DNA of 64,000 nucleotides from Escherichia coli (GTDB lineage Bacteria; Pseudomonadota; Gammaproteobacteria; Enterobacterales; Enterobacteriaceae): NCBI RefSeq assembly GCF_030013205.1, contig NZ_CP122648.1; one strand, 5' to 3'. Shown piece by piece: positions 62,705 to 64,000 of this stretch (position 1 is its first letter; each line of letters starts with the position of its first letter). The notes under the pieces were generated by a model. It saw only the letters and a program-made list of their open reading frames with translations, ran no database searches and was not told where the DNA came from. The position numbers and the translations under genes were made by a program.

Positions 62705-63778
62705 TCATTCCATTTCGAAATCATCAATCCTCACTTCAAGCTCCAGACTGGTCGTAAAACCGTTATCCGGGCTGACGGTATGAGTCAGAGTCGTAATGGT
62801 CCATTCCGCATCATCTATCGGTTGTTTAAAGCCACTAACTTTCACTGGCATTTCCGTGTAAAGATCTGCCCGCCCTTCCGCCAGTTGTAGCGAGAATGAC
62901 GCAACGCCGCGTTGCAGGCGTTCCCACTGCATTTTCGCTGCCCGTTCAGCGTTGCTCCGGTTGGCATAAGTGCGATTAAGTACCAGCACGTTTTCATCCG
63001 TACCCACCAGGTAATCGCCCTGCTTCGCTTCCGGCTCTTTCTTCTGCTTCTTAGTTCTGCGCTTACGCTTCACCGTGGTACTTTCTTTCTTCGCAGGTTC
63101 GCGGGTATGCAACCAGCTGGCAATTACGCCCGTGTAGGCTCCGCGATCTGCCAGGGTAAAGCGGTGACTGTCGCCGTCCTTGCGTGTGATAGTGATCACT
63201 GGCAGTGGTTTACCAGTGGCGTTTTTGCCCTGCCCCTGCCGGATGAATAACAGATTGCCATTTTTCACCGACGCGATGGCACCGTACTGTCGCGCCAGCC
63301 GCATCAGAAAACTGCCGTCACTCTCATTAGTCTGGTCTATATGCTCCACGGGCTTATCCGACAGGTCTTTACCCAGTGCCATCTTCAGCTTGTGCCGCGC
63401 GGCTATTTCCTTCACCACTTCCCCGACGGTGGTCTTGTGCCACGACTTTTCACGACGGGTATTCAGCGTTTCCCGAAAATCAGCACTTCGCGCCCGGATA
63501 GTCAGGCGGTCCGGTGCGCCAGTGTGTTCAATCTCGTCCACCGTGAATGCCCCTTTCGGGAAAAGCGGCTGCCCCTTCCAGCCCAGCGCCAGCGTAATGA
63601 CCGCACCACGGCGCGGCAGCACGATTTTTCCGTCGGCGTCGTCCAGCTCCAGATCAAGCTGGTCTGCGTCAAAGCCCCGGTTATCCGTCAGCGTCAGCCC
63701 CATCAGGCGGTTGTCCAGCACAGTGGTGATACCTTCGTTGACTTCAACAACGCGCACCCCGTGGTGAAAATCATTCAT
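62705..63778 (-). CDS. Chimeric ORF: the first ~18 aa of P2 tail sheath FI fused in frame to gpD lacking its first ~30 aa (357 aa)
   Basis: MNDFHHGVRVVEVNEGIT matches the P2 FI N-terminus (MSDYHHGVQVLEINEGTR). From ...LTLTDNRGFDADQLDLELDDADG... to the end it matches P2 gpD. FII, E/E', T and U are absent. Confidence 0.8.
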   Translation of the reverse strand: MNDFHHGVRVVEVNEGITTVLDNRLMGLTLTDNRGFDADQLDLELDDADGKIVLPRRGAVITLALGWKGQPLFPKGAFTVDEIEHTGAPDRLTIRARSADFRETLNTRREKSWHKTTVGEVVKEIAARHKLKMALGKDLSDKPVEHIDQTNESDGSFLMRLARQYGAIASVKNGNLLFIRQGQGKNATGKPLPVITITRKDGDSHRFTLADRGAYTGVIASWLHTREPAKKESTTVKRKRRTKKQKKEPEAKQGDYLVGTDENVLVLNRTYANRSNAERAAKMQWERLQRGVASFSLQLAEGRADLYTEMPVKVSGFKQPIDDAEWTITTLTHTVSPDNGFTTSLELEVRIDDFEME

Positions 63779-63806
63779 TTGTATACCCACCATAGCCAAG
63801 GAACAA

Positions 63807-63867
63807 CATATTCTCTATATTTTTTCAGTTAATAACTATTCGTGATTTATGTATAGCATCTGGTACA
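63807..63867 (-). promoter_or_regulatory. P2-type Ogr-dependent late promoter (PF-like)
   Basis: The dyad TGT-N12-ACA lies at 63850-63867 (tgtatagcatctggtaca). On the minus strand a TATAGA -10-like hexamer (63819-63814) lies about 39 nt from the dyad centre, which puts the dyad at roughly -50 to -55. Confidence 0.65.
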
Positions 63868-63945
63868 ATCCACAAATGAAGTTAAATTGATTAATTCTCC
63901 TCGGAGAAATTCATTACCCATATGGTGCAAGTTGAGAATCCACAC

Positions 63946-64000
63946 ATGAAACTTAATACAAGAGACGAAAAACAGATAATTATTGAAAGAATGGATTGGA
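63946..64000 (+). CDS. 5' end of an AT-rich ORF running off the window (MKLNTRDEKQIIIERMDW...)
   Basis: ATG at 63946, open to the window end, divergent from the P2 late promoter. Only 18 codons are visible. Confidence 0.3.
   Translation, partial: MKLNTRDEKQIIIERMDW

Larger units (their letters stand above)
62316..64000 (-). mobile_element. P2-like prophage remnant (ogr, FI'::'D chimera, late promoter); it continues beyond the window
   Basis: P2 gene order att-ogr-D is present, but an internal deletion joins the 5' end of the sheath gene to gpD. In K-12, rybB is followed by rcdA(ybjK) instead. Confidence 0.85.

Noticed and set aside
62514-62708. 64-aa minus-strand ORF overlapping the ogr 5' region
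   Set aside because: It overlaps ogr out of frame and bridges the ogr-D spacer. It has no SD, and P2-like phages have no counterpart.

Overview
This is an Escherichia coli chromosomal segment. It is collinear, in reverse order, with the K-12 interval ftsK (b0890) to ybjL/rybB (b0847). The core genes are ftsK, lrp, trxB, cydDC, aat, infA, serW, clpA, clpS, cspD, macBA, ybjX, ybjD, aqpZ, lysO(ybjE), hcp-hcr, poxB, ltaE, ybjT, ybjS, amiD, ybjQ, ybjP, artPIQM, artJ, rlmC, ybjO, potIHGF, ybjN, rimK, nfsA, ybjC, grxA, ybjM, ybjL and the sRNA rybB. I recognise these directly from the translated ORFs, and I trimmed several ORF-track starts back to the known start codons. Six differences interrupt this conserved backbone. 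(1) A 10.6-kb integrase-bounded phage satellite (PICI / P4-like) lies between clpS and cspD, at about 14603-25228. It carries int, alpA, an RHH/icd-like divergent switch, a P4-alpha-type primase-helicase, an iteron origin, an SSB, a prohead-protease::major-capsid fusion and a Nu1-like small terminase. It has no portal, large terminase, tail or lysis genes. It also contains an internally duplicated ~80-bp element and hairpin-dense non-coding stretches that are not explained. (2) A 2.6-kb AT-rich islet between ybjQ and ybjP encodes one 600-aa pentapeptide-repeat protein. (3) A P2-like prophage remnant abuts rybB. It retains ogr, an in-frame tail-sheath(FI)'::'gpD chimera and the Ogr-type late promoter, and it runs off the right edge into an AT-rich region where P2-like phages keep cargo genes. 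(4) The 3' end of tRNA-Ser (serW) is duplicated 180 bp downstream, which looks like the scar of a lost integrative element. (5) nfsA is split by a 1-nt deletion in a homopolymer. (6) The FtsK PQ-rich linker carries six 39-bp tandem units. Every functional call rests on my recognition of the sequences and motifs. No database search or computation was run.
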